64,000 bases of DNA from Lentimicrobiaceae bacterium (GCA_017993235.1 JAGONC010000001.1:2880-66879), one strand, 5' to 3'; counted from the stretch's first letter, positions 1 to 10,403 are shown. Notes: generated from the sequence alone by a model not told the origin. Program-made: numbers and translations.

Positions 1-556
1 AAAGAGGTTCCCGGGCTGCTTTGACATATGGCGGGACGTCCTTTCTGACCAGCGCACCCCCTCCGACAAGGGAGTGACATCCGATATGGACGAACTGATG
101 CACAGCGGCCAGACCCCCGACAATGGCCCAGTCGTCGATAATGATATGACCGGCCAGGTTGGCAGCGTTGGATAGAATGACATGGTTCCCCAGAACGCAA
201 TCATGGGCTACATGTGCATAGGCCATGATCAGGCAATTCTCCCCGATGACGGTCTCGTTGTTGGCCCGGGTTCCCCGGTTAATGGTTGCAAACTCGCGGA
301 CTGTGGTATTGTTGCCAATCTTGACCAGGGTCTCCTCACCGTCGAACTTCAGATCCTGCGGAATCGCAGCGATAACTGCACCCGGAAAAATCCTGCAGTT
401 TTTCCCGATGCGGGCACCTTCCATGATCGTTACATGGGATCCGATCCAGGTCCCCTCACCGACCTCAACATTTTTTTCAATATTGACAAAGGGCTCAATG
501 ACTACGGTATTCGCAATCCTGGCCTGCGGGTGAACATACGCTAAGGGTTGTGTCAT
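1..556 (-). CDS. lpxA: UDP-N-acetylglucosamine O-acyltransferase LpxA (C-terminal part runs off the window)
   Basis: Absent from the ORF track because it is open at the window edge. My reverse-strand translation from ATG 556-554 gives MTQPLAYVHPQARIANTVVIEPFVNIEKNVEVGEGTWIGSHVTIMEGARIGKNCRIFPGAVI..., i.e. hexapeptide left-handed beta-helix repeats. ATGA overlap with the upstream lpxC-fabZ stop. The lpxD, lpxC-fabZ, lpxA order is typical of Bacteroidota. Confidence 0.85.
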   Translation of the reverse strand, partial: MTQPLAYVHPQARIANTVVIEPFVNIEKNVEVGEGTWIGSHVTIMEGARIGKNCRIFPGAVIAAIPQDLKFDGEETLVKIGNNTTVREFATINRGTRANNETVIGENCLIMAYAHVAHDCVLGNHVILSNAANLAGHIIIDDWAIVGGLAAVHQFVHIGCHSLVGGGALVRKDVPPYVKAAREPL

Positions 557-1977
557 AAATTTTTGTTCTTTTTTACCAATTGAGCCATCAACTCGGCTTC
601 TGTAACAATTTTGTCTCCGACATAGACACAACCTTTCATGTGGCAGATGCCCCTGCGGATGGGAGTAATGAGTTCAAGGATAAATACCAGGGTGTCGCCG
701 GGCACTACTTTCTGCCTGAACCTGGCGTTATCAATCTTCAGAAAGTAGGCCATGTATTCCTTTGGATCCGGCATACTGCTCAGTGCCAGGATTCCCCCTG
801 TCTGGGCCATTGCCTCCACCTGGAGCACACCGGGCATGACCGGCTCGTCGGGAAAATGCCCTATAAAAAAAGCCTCGTTCATCGTGACATTTTTCATTGC
901 GATGACCTTCCGGTCAGTCATTTCCAAAACCCTGTCAATCAGCAGGAAAGGAGGGCGGTGGGGGAGGATGTTCTGGATCTCGGTGATGTTGTAGCGGGGT
1001 GGTTTTGAGACGTCGATAAAGGGAGGCTTCTCCTTCTTCACCTGCGATTTGCCATGCTCTCTGATCAGGCGCGCCAGTTGAATATTTGCACCATGACCGG
1101 GACGGTTGGCAATGATATGCCCTTTGATGGATTTACCCACCAGTGCCAGATCACCCATGACGTCCAGCAGTTTATGACGTGCGGGTTCATTGGGGTGCCA
1201 CAGGCTGACATTGTTCAGGATACCCTCTTTCAGGACAGTGACCCGCGGCTTGTTGAAAAATGCGGCAAGCCGGTCGAGCTCATCCTGTGCGATGATCTTG
1301 TCGACAAACACAATGGCATTGTCCAGATCCCCGCCCCGGATCAGGTTATGTTGGATCAGGTATTCCAGTTCATGGAGAAAAACGAACGTCCGGCAATGGG
1401 AGATCTCGTCCTTGAACTGACTAAGGTGTTCGAGCGTGGCATATTGCGTTGTTAGTACATTTGAGTCATAATCAATCATGACCGACAACCGGTATGACTG
1501 AGCAGGTACGGCGATCAGTTCCACTTTATTTTTCTGGTCCTGGTAGGTAATGACCTCACTGATCTCGATGGATTCCCTGAATGCATCCTGTTCAACAACG
1601 CCTGCTTTTTCGAGGGCCTCGACATACATTTTAGCGCTGCCGTCGAGGATAGGGGTTTCCTGGCAGTCGATCTCGATCAGGACATTATCGATCTGAAGTC
1701 CGACCAGGGCCGCCAGTGCATGTTCGGCCGTCATGATGCGCGCCCCGTTCTGTTCCAGCGTCGTCCCCCTGGAGACATCAACCACACGGTCAACGTCAGC
1801 CTCAATGATAGGTTGATCTTTCAGGTCGGTACGTTTGAATTTGATCCCATGATCTGCTGGTGCCGGAAGAAAGGTCATAGTGACCTGCTGGCCCGTGTGG
1901 AGTCCGTTTCCGGAGATTACAGCTGAATTTCTGATGGTTCTTTGCAGTCCGTCCATAACGGCTGCAAACATAACCAT
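553..1977 (-). CDS. lpxC-fabZ: bifunctional UDP-3-O-acyl-GlcNAc deacetylase / 3-hydroxyacyl-ACP dehydratase (LpxC-FabZ fusion)
   Basis: 474-aa ORF. N-terminal half is LpxC-like (GNGLHTGQQV, HALAALVGLQIDN). C-terminal half is a FabZ hot-dog fold (LPHRPPFLLIDRV, FFIGHFPDEPVMPGVLQVEAMAQ). Start could also be Met at 1956. Confidence 0.93.
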   Translation of the reverse strand: MVMFAAVMDGLQRTIRNSAVISGNGLHTGQQVTMTFLPAPADHGIKFKRTDLKDQPIIEADVDRVVDVSRGTTLEQNGARIMTAEHALAALVGLQIDNVLIEIDCQETPILDGSAKMYVEALEKAGVVEQDAFRESIEISEVITYQDQKNKVELIAVPAQSYRLSVMIDYDSNVLTTQYATLEHLSQFKDEISHCRTFVFLHELEYLIQHNLIRGGDLDNAIVFVDKIIAQDELDRLAAFFNKPRVTVLKEGILNNVSLWHPNEPARHKLLDVMGDLALVGKSIKGHIIANRPGHGANIQLARLIREHGKSQVKKEKPPFIDVSKPPRYNITEIQNILPHRPPFLLIDRVLEMTDRKVIAMKNVTMNEAFFIGHFPDEPVMPGVLQVEAMAQTGGILALSSMPDPKEYMAYFLKIDNARFRQKVVPGDTLVFILELITPIRRGICHMKGCVYVGDKIVTEAELMAQLVKKNKNL

Positions 1978-1985
1978 ATTATTGA

Positions 1986-3008
1986 TTATTTACAATTTTT
2001 CTTTTCCAGATCGTCGATTCGTCTGACGTACTTTTCCAGATTCCGGAAATGGATATAGGAGATACGGTATTTTTTAATATCAAACGCAGGGGCTCCCATT
2101 ACGGTCTGATTCGTTTTAATATTTGTCGTGACACCGGATTGTGCGGCGATTTGAACATGGTCTTCAATGGAAAGATGACCGGTGATCCCTGCCTGCCCTC
2201 CGATCAGACAGTTCTTCCCAATATGGGTGGATCCGGAGATCCCCGACTGAGCTGCAATGACGGTGTTTTCACCAATCACCACGTTATGGGCCACCTGAAT
2301 CAGATTATCCAGTTTAACGCCCTTCCGGATCACTGTCGAGCCCAGCGTGGCACGGTCAATCGTGCAGTTGGCCCCGATTTCCACTTCATCTTCAATGACA
2401 ACATTTCCGATCTGGGCAATCTTCTGGTAGTGATGATCCTCCTGCTGCGCAAAACCAAAGCCGTCCGACCCGATGACCACTCCAGGGTGAACGATGCAAT
2501 CATTGCCGACCTGGCACCCCCTCAGAATCTTCACACCAGGATGAAGAAGGGTCCGGCTCCCGATGATCACATCGTCACCAATGTAAACCTGCGGGTGTAT
2601 CCTGGCTCCATCACCAATAACCGCATGCTCGCCAACGACACAAAAATCACCGATATAGACATCTCTGCCGATCCTGGCAGTATCAGCCACGGATGCATGC
2701 GGCGAGATGCCGCTCCTTTCACCGGTTTGCTTGTTGTAAATCTCCAGCAGCCGCGCAAAGGAACTGTAGGGATCCTCCACCCGGATCAGCGTGGAGTGGA
2801 TGGGGAACTCCGCGGTGAAATCCTTTCGGACAATGACGATGGAGGCCTGTGTTTTATAAATATAAGGAGTGTATTTTGGATTGGCAAGGAAGGAAAGAGT
2901 GCCCGGAATTCCTTCCTCTATCTTGGAGAGCCGATCGACAGTTGCCTTTGGATCCCCATCCACGGTACCATTCAGGATCCCTGCGATCTGTTCAGCGGTA
3001 AACTGCAT
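1986..3008 (-). CDS. lpxD: UDP-3-O-acylglucosamine N-acyltransferase LpxD
   Basis: 340-aa ORF. N-terminus [19 protein letters not shown] is followed by a long hexapeptide-repeat region ([31 protein letters not shown]...). Lies directly upstream of lpxC-fabZ. Confidence 0.92.
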   Translation of the reverse strand: MQFTAEQIAGILNGTVDGDPKATVDRLSKIEEGIPGTLSFLANPKYTPYIYKTQASIVIVRKDFTAEFPIHSTLIRVEDPYSSFARLLEIYNKQTGERSGISPHASVADTARIGRDVYIGDFCVVGEHAVIGDGARIHPQVYIGDDVIIGSRTLLHPGVKILRGCQVGNDCIVHPGVVIGSDGFGFAQQEDHHYQKIAQIGNVVIEDEVEIGANCTIDRATLGSTVIRKGVKLDNLIQVAHNVVIGENTVIAAQSGISGSTHIGKNCLIGGQAGITGHLSIEDHVQIAAQSGVTTNIKTNQTVMGAPAFDIKKYRISYIHFRNLEKYVRRIDDLEKKNCK

Positions 3009-3038
3009 CTGTTCCGTTTTTTAAAGTTTATTTTCGGG

Positions 3039-3046
3039 CAAAGATA
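3039..3046 (-). promoter_or_regulatory. Bacteroidota -7 box (TATCTTTG) upstream of lpxD
   Basis: Plus-strand CAAAGATA is TAnnTTTG on the minus strand, 31 nt upstream of the lpxD ATG. Confidence 0.45.
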
Positions 3047-3056
3047 GGTTGAATAT

Positions 3057-4325
3057 TTACGACACGGGATGGTTCAAAGCCAAATTTTTCGGATAGCACA
3101 GGTAATACTTGGTCACCATTTTTGACAACAGGGCCACACTCAGTTGTTCGGAAGCTTTTTCCAGTTCGGTGACTCTTCCATCCCTGTTCAGTACCTTGAT
3201 CCCATCGGTATACTGGTCATAGGCCTTATTGGAGATCAGGTCTGTAAATACCAGATGATCAGAATGTTCCAGGGGTATTTTGAATTCACGGGCTGCAAGT
3301 TCCTTCATCATCCCGACTTCTGCTGCTTCAAAGGGGGCATTTCGAATTTCTATTTTAAACAGGTTCCTCATGACCAATCCTTTGCACAGGAGCGAAAGGA
3401 TGTTGTCAGCATCGGAGGTCCATACTTTGATCGAGGTGAAAATATCTGCATCATCCAGCATAGCCAGTATTTCCAGCAGTTCGGGTCTCTCTGTCAGGTC
3501 GTTTGCCGACAGATGGTTCTTCATAAATACCGACAGCGCGGGGGTCATGAACAGATCGTGTCCCTGAGCGATCAGCCAGCGTGCTCTTTCCAGCAGGCTC
3601 AACAGCATCTTTTCAGCCGCGATCACCGTTTTGTGCAGGTAGACCTGCCAGTACATCAGGCGACGGGCCACGATGAATTTCTCGATGGAATAGATCCCTT
3701 TCGCTTCAACCACAAGTTCATCATCCACCACATTGAGCATGTCGATGATCCGTTCGGTATTGATCACTCCTTCTGAAACCCCGGTATAAAAACTGTCGCG
3801 CCGGAGAAAATCCAGCCGGTCGACATCCAGCTGGCTGGACACCAGTTGATGGAGGAATTTACTGGAGTGTCTGCCCGTGAATATTTCCAGGGCCAGATCC
3901 AGGTCGGCTGTTCTTTGCCTGTTGAGGGATTGCATGAACCGTACGGAAAGTTCCTCATGGGAAAGTCGGTGGACGATGCGGCCCTCCAGAGTATGGGAAT
4001 AGGGACAGTGTCCGATATCATGCAGCAGTATAGCCAGCAGTGCCCCATTCTGTTCCTCCCCGGAGATAGGGATCCCTTTGAAGCGAAGCGTATCGATCGC
4101 TTTTTGCATCAGAAAGGCTGCACCCAGAGAATGATGGAACCGCGTATGAAGTGCACCGGGATACACCAGGTCCGTAAGCCCCAGCTGCCGGATGCGGCGA
4201 AGCCGCTGAAAATAGGGGTGCTCAATGACATTGAACACCCTTTCATCCGCTATATTGATGAATCCATATACCGGATCATTGAAAATTTTCCTTTTGTTAA
4301 AAGAGGATGACCTTCCTGTATTCAT
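3057..4325 (-). CDS. HD-domain phosphohydrolase (dGTPase-like HD superfamily)
   Basis: Motifs RFHHSLG and LLHDIGHCPYSH, with NDPVYGFINI near the N-terminus. The track start at 4361 is a TTG; the first ATG is at 4325 (MNTGRSS...). Confidence 0.8.
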   Translation of the reverse strand: MNTGRSSSFNKRKIFNDPVYGFINIADERVFNVIEHPYFQRLRRIRQLGLTDLVYPGALHTRFHHSLGAAFLMQKAIDTLRFKGIPISGEEQNGALLAILLHDIGHCPYSHTLEGRIVHRLSHEELSVRFMQSLNRQRTADLDLALEIFTGRHSSKFLHQLVSSQLDVDRLDFLRRDSFYTGVSEGVINTERIIDMLNVVDDELVVEAKGIYSIEKFIVARRLMYWQVYLHKTVIAAEKMLLSLLERARWLIAQGHDLFMTPALSVFMKNHLSANDLTERPELLEILAMLDDADIFTSIKVWTSDADNILSLLCKGLVMRNLFKIEIRNAPFEAAEVGMMKELAAREFKIPLEHSDHLVFTDLISNKAYDQYTDGIKVLNRDGRVTELEKASEQLSVALLSKMVTKYYLCYPKNLALNHPVS

Positions 4326-4485
4326 TAACTTTGTATCAATAAAAAGTAACCGGTCGGACAATAAAATCCAATTTTACGACTTTATTTTAATAAAACCAAA
4401 GCGAGCCTGAATAAATCCACCTTCCTGAACCGGCTGTTGGATGCAGGACCGGTTCAATCAATTTTATCCAACGAATAAGTTAACC

Positions 4486-6036
4486 ATGGCAATACAGATT
4501 TTATGGGTTGATGATGAGATCGATATGCTCAAACCGCATATCATGTTCCTGCAGGAAAAGGGCTACGATGTGTTTACTTCCAATAATGGTGATGAAGGAT
4601 TGGAGATGCTGAATAACCGTGCGTTTGATATTGTTTTCCTGGATGAGCAGATGCCTGGGTTGTCCGGAATCGAGACCCTGACCCTGATGAAGAATAAATT
4701 CCCGAACCTGCCGGTTGTAATGATCACCAAAAGCGAGGAAGAATCCATCATGGAGGATGCCATCGGATCGAAAATCTCCGATTACCTGATAAAACCTGTG
4801 AATCCCAAGCAGATCCTTCTCTGCCTGAAAAAGAACCTGGATACACGGAAGCTGGTAAGCGAAAAGACCACACTTGCCTACCAGCAGGAGTTTCATACGA
4901 TCGGCTCGGAAATTTCGATGGATCTCACGTACAGTCAGTGGATCGAGATGTACCGGAAGATCGTTTACTGGGAGCTTGAGCTGAACAATGCGCAGGATGA
5001 CCATATTGCCGGGATCCTGAAGCTTCAGAAAGAGGAGGCTAACCGGGTGTTCGCTAAATTTGTTGAATCGAATTACCAGGGCTGGATCAGCGCCCGGATG
5101 CCGGATCGCCCCACCATGTCGCATACCCTGTTGAAGGATAAACTGTTCCCGTTGCTGAACGGGAATAAATCCTGTTTCTTGATCCTGATCGATAATCTTC
5201 GCTATGATCAATGGAAGACCATCCAGCCCATCATTGAAGAGTACTACAGGGTTGACCAGGACGATCTTTACTACAGCATTCTTCCGACAACCACACAATA
5301 TGCGAGGAATTCCCTTTTTGCAGGATTGATGCCTTCCGAGATCGCCAGGAAGTACCCGCAGTACTGGGTGGATGAAGAGGATGAGGGTACCAAGAATCAG
5401 TTTGAAAGCGAACTGCTGGGTGAGCAGCTGAAACGTTACGGAAAGGATATCCGGTATTCGTACCATAAAGTGCTCAATCTTTCCTTTGGCAGGAAACTGG
5501 CCGACTCCCTATCCAATCTGCTGGGCAACCGGCTGAACGTGATCGTGTACAATTTTGTTGACATGCTTTCCCATGCCCGTACCGAAATGGAGATTATCCG
5601 TGAACTGGCCGATGACGAACCGGCCTACCGATCCATCACCCAATCCTGGTTTGAGCATTCACCCCTGCTGGATATCCTTCAGTACCTTTCCGAAAAAAAG
5701 GTTCCTCTGATTATCACCACCGATCACGGTTCTGTAAGGGTCCAGAATCCTGTTAAAGTGATCGGCGACCGGAACACAACCACCAACTTGCGGTATAAAA
5801 GCGGCAGAGCACTGAATTACAAGGATAAAGAAGTATTCGAGATCAAAAATCCCGAAGAAGCCTACCTGCCCCGCACCAATGTCAGTTCCGTCTATATCTT
5901 CTGCCGGCGGAATGATTTCTTTGCTTACCCCAATAATTATAATTATTACGTAAATTATTATAAAAATACTTTTCAGCATGGTGGGATTTCCGTTGAGGAA
6001 ATGCTGGTACCTTTCATAACTTTGTCACCCAAATAG
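4486..6036 (+). CDS. porX: PorX-like response regulator (CheY receiver + PglZ/alkaline-phosphatase-superfamily domain)
   Basis: Receiver domain ILWVDDEIDMLKPHIMFLQEKGYDV...FLDEQMPGLSG...ITKSEEE, followed by a ~400-aa PglZ-type domain (LILIDNLRYDQW, TDHGS). Start chosen at MAIQILWVDDE; the track ORF begins at 4441. Confidence 0.8.
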   Translation: MAIQILWVDDEIDMLKPHIMFLQEKGYDVFTSNNGDEGLEMLNNRAFDIVFLDEQMPGLSGIETLTLMKNKFPNLPVVMITKSEEESIMEDAIGSKISDYLIKPVNPKQILLCLKKNLDTRKLVSEKTTLAYQQEFHTIGSEISMDLTYSQWIEMYRKIVYWELELNNAQDDHIAGILKLQKEEANRVFAKFVESNYQGWISARMPDRPTMSHTLLKDKLFPLLNGNKSCFLILIDNLRYDQWKTIQPIIEEYYRVDQDDLYYSILPTTTQYARNSLFAGLMPSEIARKYPQYWVDEEDEGTKNQFESELLGEQLKRYGKDIRYSYHKVLNLSFGRKLADSLSNLLGNRLNVIVYNFVDMLSHARTEMEIIRELADDEPAYRSITQSWFEHSPLLDILQYLSEKKVPLIITTDHGSVRVQNPVKVIGDRNTTTNLRYKSGRALNYKDKEVFEIKNPEEAYLPRTNVSSVYIFCRRNDFFAYPNNYNYYVNYYKNTFQHGGISVEEMLVPFITLSPK

Positions 6037-6047
6037 CCACCTGCACA

Positions 6048-6521
6048 ATGGACACGCTGCGATGCGACCGTGTTGAAGATCTGGATCATGTATCGCTGGA
6101 ATTATTGTACCGTTATCCGGATCAAAGGGTCTTCGGATTCTATGGTCAGCTGGGTGCTGGAAAGACCGCGCTGATCAAGAACCTGTGCAAGCAGTTGGGT
6201 GTCGTGGATCTGGTGAGCAGCCCGACGTTCTCCATCATCAACGAGTATCGCACCAGGGATGGGGAACCGGTGTACCATATGGACTTTTACAGACTGACAA
6301 GTCACCGGGAGCTGCTGGATATCGGAGCAGAGGAGTATTTCTACAGTGGATTTTACTGCCTGATTGAGTGGCCTGAGAAATTTGAAGAACTTTTACCAGA
6401 TAATTGCGTATACATCAAAATTAGTGTCGACGAGACAAATCAGTGCCGGATCATTCAGATTGAGGGGATGACCGGTATTCAGACCGTTTGGAATGATGCA
6501 GGAACAAGGAAGCCATTATAA
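6048..6521 (+). CDS. tsaE: tRNA t6A37 biosynthesis ATPase TsaE (YjeE)
   Basis: 157 aa. P-loop GQLGAGKT, SPTFSIINEY and HMDFYRL motifs. Confidence 0.88.
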   Translation: MDTLRCDRVEDLDHVSLELLYRYPDQRVFGFYGQLGAGKTALIKNLCKQLGVVDLVSSPTFSIINEYRTRDGEPVYHMDFYRLTSHRELLDIGAEEYFYSGFYCLIEWPEKFEELLPDNCVYIKISVDETNQCRIIQIEGMTGIQTVWNDAGTRKPL

Positions 6522-6543
6522 TTTTTCCGGAGCGGAAGGATTG

Positions 6544-7716
6544 ATGCCGAAGGAGGAAACGCTGGAAGTGACCCAGCGGAAAAGCCGGATCCGATTGGGG
6601 GTTCCGAGGGAAATTCATTTTCAGGAAAAACGGGTTCCGCTGGTGCCGCAGGGTGTTGGACTTCTGGTGGCCAACGGGCATGAGGTGATCATTGAATCAG
6701 ACGCAGGTAAGGCGGCCAACTTCTCCAATGAACAATTCAGCGACGCAGGTGCTCATATCGTGTATTCACCCGGGGAAGTCTTTAAGGCAGATATCATTTT
6801 AAAAATTGTCCCACCCTCCCTTACTGAAATCGAATGGTTGACATCGCGCCAGACTATGATCTCTGCATTGCATCTTGCCGGGCAATCGGCTGACTATTTT
6901 AAGATGTTGATGAACCGGAAGATGGTTGCCATAGCCTTTGAATACATCATGGATAAGACCCATACCTATCCGGTGTTGCGCACCACCAGTGAGATCGTAG
7001 GCAATGCGGCCATCATGATCGCCGCAAATTACCTGGCGGATACGGATTATGGAACGGGATGCATGCTAGGCGGGTTCTCGGGCATTGCACCCACGGAAGT
7101 GGTCATCCTGGGTGCCGGTACGGTAGGCGAATACGCTGCAAGGGCTGCCCTGGGACATGGAGCTTCCGTGAAGGTGTTCGACAATTCGGTGTACCGGCTG
7201 CGCAGGATCCAGAATAACCTTACCACCCGGATCTTCACCTCGATCCTTCAACCGGGAATCCTTTTAAGTTCATTAAAACGGGCAGATATTGTCATTGGAG
7301 CCATGCACTCCGCCGAAGGAAGAGCCCCTGTGATCGTGACCGAGGAGATGGTGCAAAAGATGAAAAGGGGAGCAGTGATCGTCGATGTCAGCATCGACCA
7401 GGGCGGGTGTGTCGAAACCTCCCATGTTACGTCGCATCATGACCCGGTTTTCAGGAAATATGACGTTACGCATTATTGCGTCCCGAACATTGCATCCAGT
7501 GTTCCCCATACGGCATCGTATGCACTCAGTAACTATTTCGCACCCATTTTATTGCGCCTTGGCGAGACAGGCAGTATTGTCAATCTCCTCAATGCAGACA
7601 AGGATTTCAGGCAGGGCGTTTACCTCCTCGGGGGAACCCTGACAAAAAGTATGATCAGCGACCAGTTTCATTTGCCTTTTCAGGATATCGATTTGTTGAT
7701 GGCGGCGTTTCATTAA
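6544..7716 (+). CDS. alanine dehydrogenase / PNT-family NAD(H)-binding dehydrogenase
   Basis: LGVPREIHFQEKRVPLVP N-terminal domain and Rossmann motif VVILGAGTVGEYAARAA. Start moved to ATG 6544 to avoid overlap with tsaE; the track start is 6493. Confidence 0.75.
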   Translation: MPKEETLEVTQRKSRIRLGVPREIHFQEKRVPLVPQGVGLLVANGHEVIIESDAGKAANFSNEQFSDAGAHIVYSPGEVFKADIILKIVPPSLTEIEWLTSRQTMISALHLAGQSADYFKMLMNRKMVAIAFEYIMDKTHTYPVLRTTSEIVGNAAIMIAANYLADTDYGTGCMLGGFSGIAPTEVVILGAGTVGEYAARAALGHGASVKVFDNSVYRLRRIQNNLTTRIFTSILQPGILLSSLKRADIVIGAMHSAEGRAPVIVTEEMVQKMKRGAVIVDVSIDQGGCVETSHVTSHHDPVFRKYDVTHYCVPNIASSVPHTASYALSNYFAPILLRLGETGSIVNLLNADKDFRQGVYLLGGTLTKSMISDQFHLPFQDIDLLMAAFH

Positions 7717-7726
7717 AAAGACAAGT

Positions 7727-8809
7727 ATGGCAATGCGTATTCTCAGAGCGGAAACTTATCCGATTGTCATTGGAGAAGATATTTTCGAAGAAATCCAGAC
7801 CCATCTGCGTGAACCCGAAATGAAGGATGTCATGTTCATCATCCTGGTGGATGAGAACACACGAACGCTGTGCCTTCCCATGCTGATCGAAAAGCTGGAA
7901 CAGTTGAAGGATTGTACTGTAATGGAGGTACCCAGCGGCGAGGAACGGAAGAATATTCAGACCTGCCTTGATCTCTGGCAGAACTTGATCCAGCTGAAAG
8001 CCGACAAAAGTACCATCCTGGTTAATGTGGGAGGTGGAGTACTGACTGATATCGCAGGTTTCATCGCAGCAACCTATAAGCGGGGCATACGTTTCATCAA
8101 CTTTCCCACCACACTGGTCGGACAGATCGACGCGGCATTTGGTGGCAAGGTTGGCATAAACCTGTCGGACATGAAAAACCAGATCGGAGTTTTTGCTTAT
8201 CCTGATGCCGTATACGCTTTCCCACCCTTTTTAAATACACTTTCCAGCAAGGAAAAGCTCAGCGGTTTTGCAGAAGTGATCAAGTATGCCCTGATCATGG
8301 ACCAGCACTTCTGGAAATTGCTGAAAAATGTGAACTTTGTCCAGATTAAATTCTGGGACGATATCATTTACCGTTCCGTGGAAATCAAGAACCGGATCGT
8401 TAAAAATGACCCCTTTGAATATCGTCTGAGAAAGCGATTGAATTTTGGCCATACCATCGGTCATGCTTTTGAAACTATCGCGATGGACCGCAGGGATAAG
8501 TCCATGACCCATGGTATCGGCGTGGCCATGGGAATGATCTGTGAAACCTTTCTTTCCTGCCAGCGCAAAGGTCTTCAGTGGGAGATCATGGAAGAGATCG
8601 CCAGCTACATCCTGGGTAACTTTCCGTATTATCCCCTGGATGATCAGGATATGGAGAACATCCTGACCGTCCTTCAGCACGATAAAAAGAATCCTGGCGA
8701 AGCCATCAATTTTACACTGCTGCCATCCCTGGGACACGCTTTGATTGACCAATACTGCACACCGGACGACATCCTGAACTGCCTGCAATTTTACAGGCAA
8801 CTCGACTGA
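7727..8809 (+). CDS. aroB: 3-dehydroquinate synthase
   Basis: 360 aa. VNVGGGVLTDIAGFIAATYKRGIRFINFPTTLVGQIDAAFGGKVGIN and LNFGHTIGHAFE motifs. Confidence 0.9.
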   Translation: MAMRILRAETYPIVIGEDIFEEIQTHLREPEMKDVMFIILVDENTRTLCLPMLIEKLEQLKDCTVMEVPSGEERKNIQTCLDLWQNLIQLKADKSTILVNVGGGVLTDIAGFIAATYKRGIRFINFPTTLVGQIDAAFGGKVGINLSDMKNQIGVFAYPDAVYAFPPFLNTLSSKEKLSGFAEVIKYALIMDQHFWKLLKNVNFVQIKFWDDIIYRSVEIKNRIVKNDPFEYRLRKRLNFGHTIGHAFETIAMDRRDKSMTHGIGVAMGMICETFLSCQRKGLQWEIMEEIASYILGNFPYYPLDDQDMENILTVLQHDKKNPGEAINFTLLPSLGHALIDQYCTPDDILNCLQFYRQLD

Positions 8810-8829
8810 ACAGAATCAAACGATATGTT

Positions 8830-8837
8830 TATTTTTG
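8830..8837 (+). promoter_or_regulatory. -7 box TATTTTTG upstream of lutA-like gene
   Basis: Matches TAnnTTTG, 25 nt upstream of ATG 8862. Confidence 0.5.
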
Positions 8838-8861
8838 TCCGATGGATTTAATCAGGAGATC

Positions 8862-9587
8862 ATGAACCCCGAAGTGGATCTGTTTGTACCCTGTTTCATT
8901 GACCAGCTCTTTCCGGAAACCGGGATGAACATGGCCCGGATACTCGGTAGGTGCGGTTTGAAGGTGAGGTACAACGATCAACAGACCTGCTGCGGACAAA
9001 TGGCCTTTAATGCCGGTCACTGGGACGAGGCCAAAGCCATGGGGGAAAAGTTCATCAGGGATTTCAGCCATACCCGGTATGTGATCGGCCCTTCCGCATC
9101 CTGTGTGGGATTTGTCAGGAACTACTACCGTCTGCTGTTTCATAATAGTGCCTACCATGTTGAATATAAGCAACTTGTAAGCAGAATCTATGAATTTACC
9201 GATTTTATGGTGAATGTGGCCCATTGCGAAGATGTGGGTGCACGATTTGATGAGTTGGTCACCTACCATGATTCCTGTGCTGCTCTGCGTGAATACGGGA
9301 TCAGGGAAGAACCGCGGATCCTGCTGTCGCATGTGAAGGGACTGGAACTGCGCGAAATGAAAAATACAGATGAGTGTTGTGGTTTCGGGGGGATGTTCTC
9401 CGTGAAATTTGAGCCCATCGCGGTTGCGATGGCCGAACAGAAGGTCCATCATGCACTGGATACCGGAGCTTCGTACATTGTGTCAACCGATGCTTCCTGC
9501 CTGATGCATCAATGGGGGTACATACAAAAGCACCAGTTGCCCATCAGGGTCATTCATATCGCCGATGTACTGGCGTCAGGGTGGTAA
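8862..9587 (+). CDS. lutA: (Fe-S)-binding CCG-domain oxidoreductase, LutA/YkgE-like
   Basis: VDLFVPCFIDQLFPE, QQTCCGQMAFNAG and DECCGFGG cysteine-rich CCG motifs. The track start at 8835 is a TTG lying inside a TAnnTTTG box, so the first ATG at 8862 was chosen. Confidence 0.75.
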   Translation: MNPEVDLFVPCFIDQLFPETGMNMARILGRCGLKVRYNDQQTCCGQMAFNAGHWDEAKAMGEKFIRDFSHTRYVIGPSASCVGFVRNYYRLLFHNSAYHVEYKQLVSRIYEFTDFMVNVAHCEDVGARFDELVTYHDSCAALREYGIREEPRILLSHVKGLELREMKNTDECCGFGGMFSVKFEPIAVAMAEQKVHHALDTGASYIVSTDASCLMHQWGYIQKHQLPIRVIHIADVLASGW

Positions 9588-9592
9588 AAGGA

Positions 9593-10384
9593 TCAGTTGT
9601 ATCTTTTTCCGAAAGAAACACTCAGAAACAGGGTGAGAAAATAATATTCCTTGTCGTTATAGGCCATTACCGGGATTGGATTGGGGAAAACATCGATTAT
9701 GGCTCCCAGTTCCAGGTTTTTGATGGAGGTACTGTAGGCACCGAAGTCGAATGAGAATCCTACTTTCCCGTAGATGCCGGGATATACTTTCAACTCATTG
9801 AATCCTTTAACAAAAGAGGCCCTGCCGTAAATATTATCCGTAAAATGCTCATCCGGATCGTATTTTTCAGTGGTCAGCTTGTATTCGTAATAGTACGAGG
9901 ATATCGAAACCAGGTTAATAATGTTCAGGTAAACAGGCTTGGCCATTCCGACCGAAACACCCCCGATGTAAAAATACCGGAGCTCAATCCCGCCCCAGTA
10001 AGGTTTAGTGGCTATCAACCGCTGGAATCCATAACCTCCCCGGAGAACAAACACGCTGTTCAGTTTGCCATAAGCATAACTCTTGGCATTGGTAAAATAG
10101 GGATTGACGACACGGACCTCCTTGGGGGATCGCATATCCACCAGACTGAAATCCAGCAGGCGTTTCTTGAAAAAATTGACGTTTTTCCCTTTCTGGAATT
10201 CGATCCCGAAACCCTGGGAATGGAGAATGATCCCACCCGAAAATTCCTTGGTGAGCAGAACACTGTCGCTGTATTCCATAAAGATATCCTCGTTATCACG
10301 GAATGGATCCTCCTGGGCAGCCAGCATCACGGTAAAGCATGCCAGCAAATTAATGATCAATCCCGAGCGAAAGACAGCAATCAT
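9593..10384 (-). CDS. hypothetical outer-membrane beta-barrel protein
   Basis: 263 aa. N-terminal signal-like segment LIINLLACFTVMLAAQ. Alternating aromatic/aliphatic beta-strand pattern and a Tyr/Gly-rich composition. No catalytic motif recognised. Confidence 0.55.
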   Translation of the reverse strand: MIAVFRSGLIINLLACFTVMLAAQEDPFRDNEDIFMEYSDSVLLTKEFSGGIILHSQGFGIEFQKGKNVNFFKKRLLDFSLVDMRSPKEVRVVNPYFTNAKSYAYGKLNSVFVLRGGYGFQRLIATKPYWGGIELRYFYIGGVSVGMAKPVYLNIINLVSISSYYYEYKLTTEKYDPDEHFTDNIYGRASFVKGFNELKVYPGIYGKVGFSFDFGAYSTSIKNLELGAIIDVFPNPIPVMAYNDKEYYFLTLFLSVSFGKRYN

Positions 10385-10403
10385 AGTGGTGGAAAATGAT
10401 TCT

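Noticed and set aside
182-544. Two plus-strand ORFs (120 and 102 aa) at the start of the window
   Set aside because: They lie antisense to a clear hexapeptide-repeat LpxA reading frame on the minus strand. The translations have no recognisable motifs. Beta-helix genes commonly create long antisense ORFs.
2049-3047. 332-aa plus-strand ORF
   Set aside because: It is fully antisense to lpxD, which has an unambiguous LpxD N-terminus and hexapeptide repeats. It is a shadow ORF.
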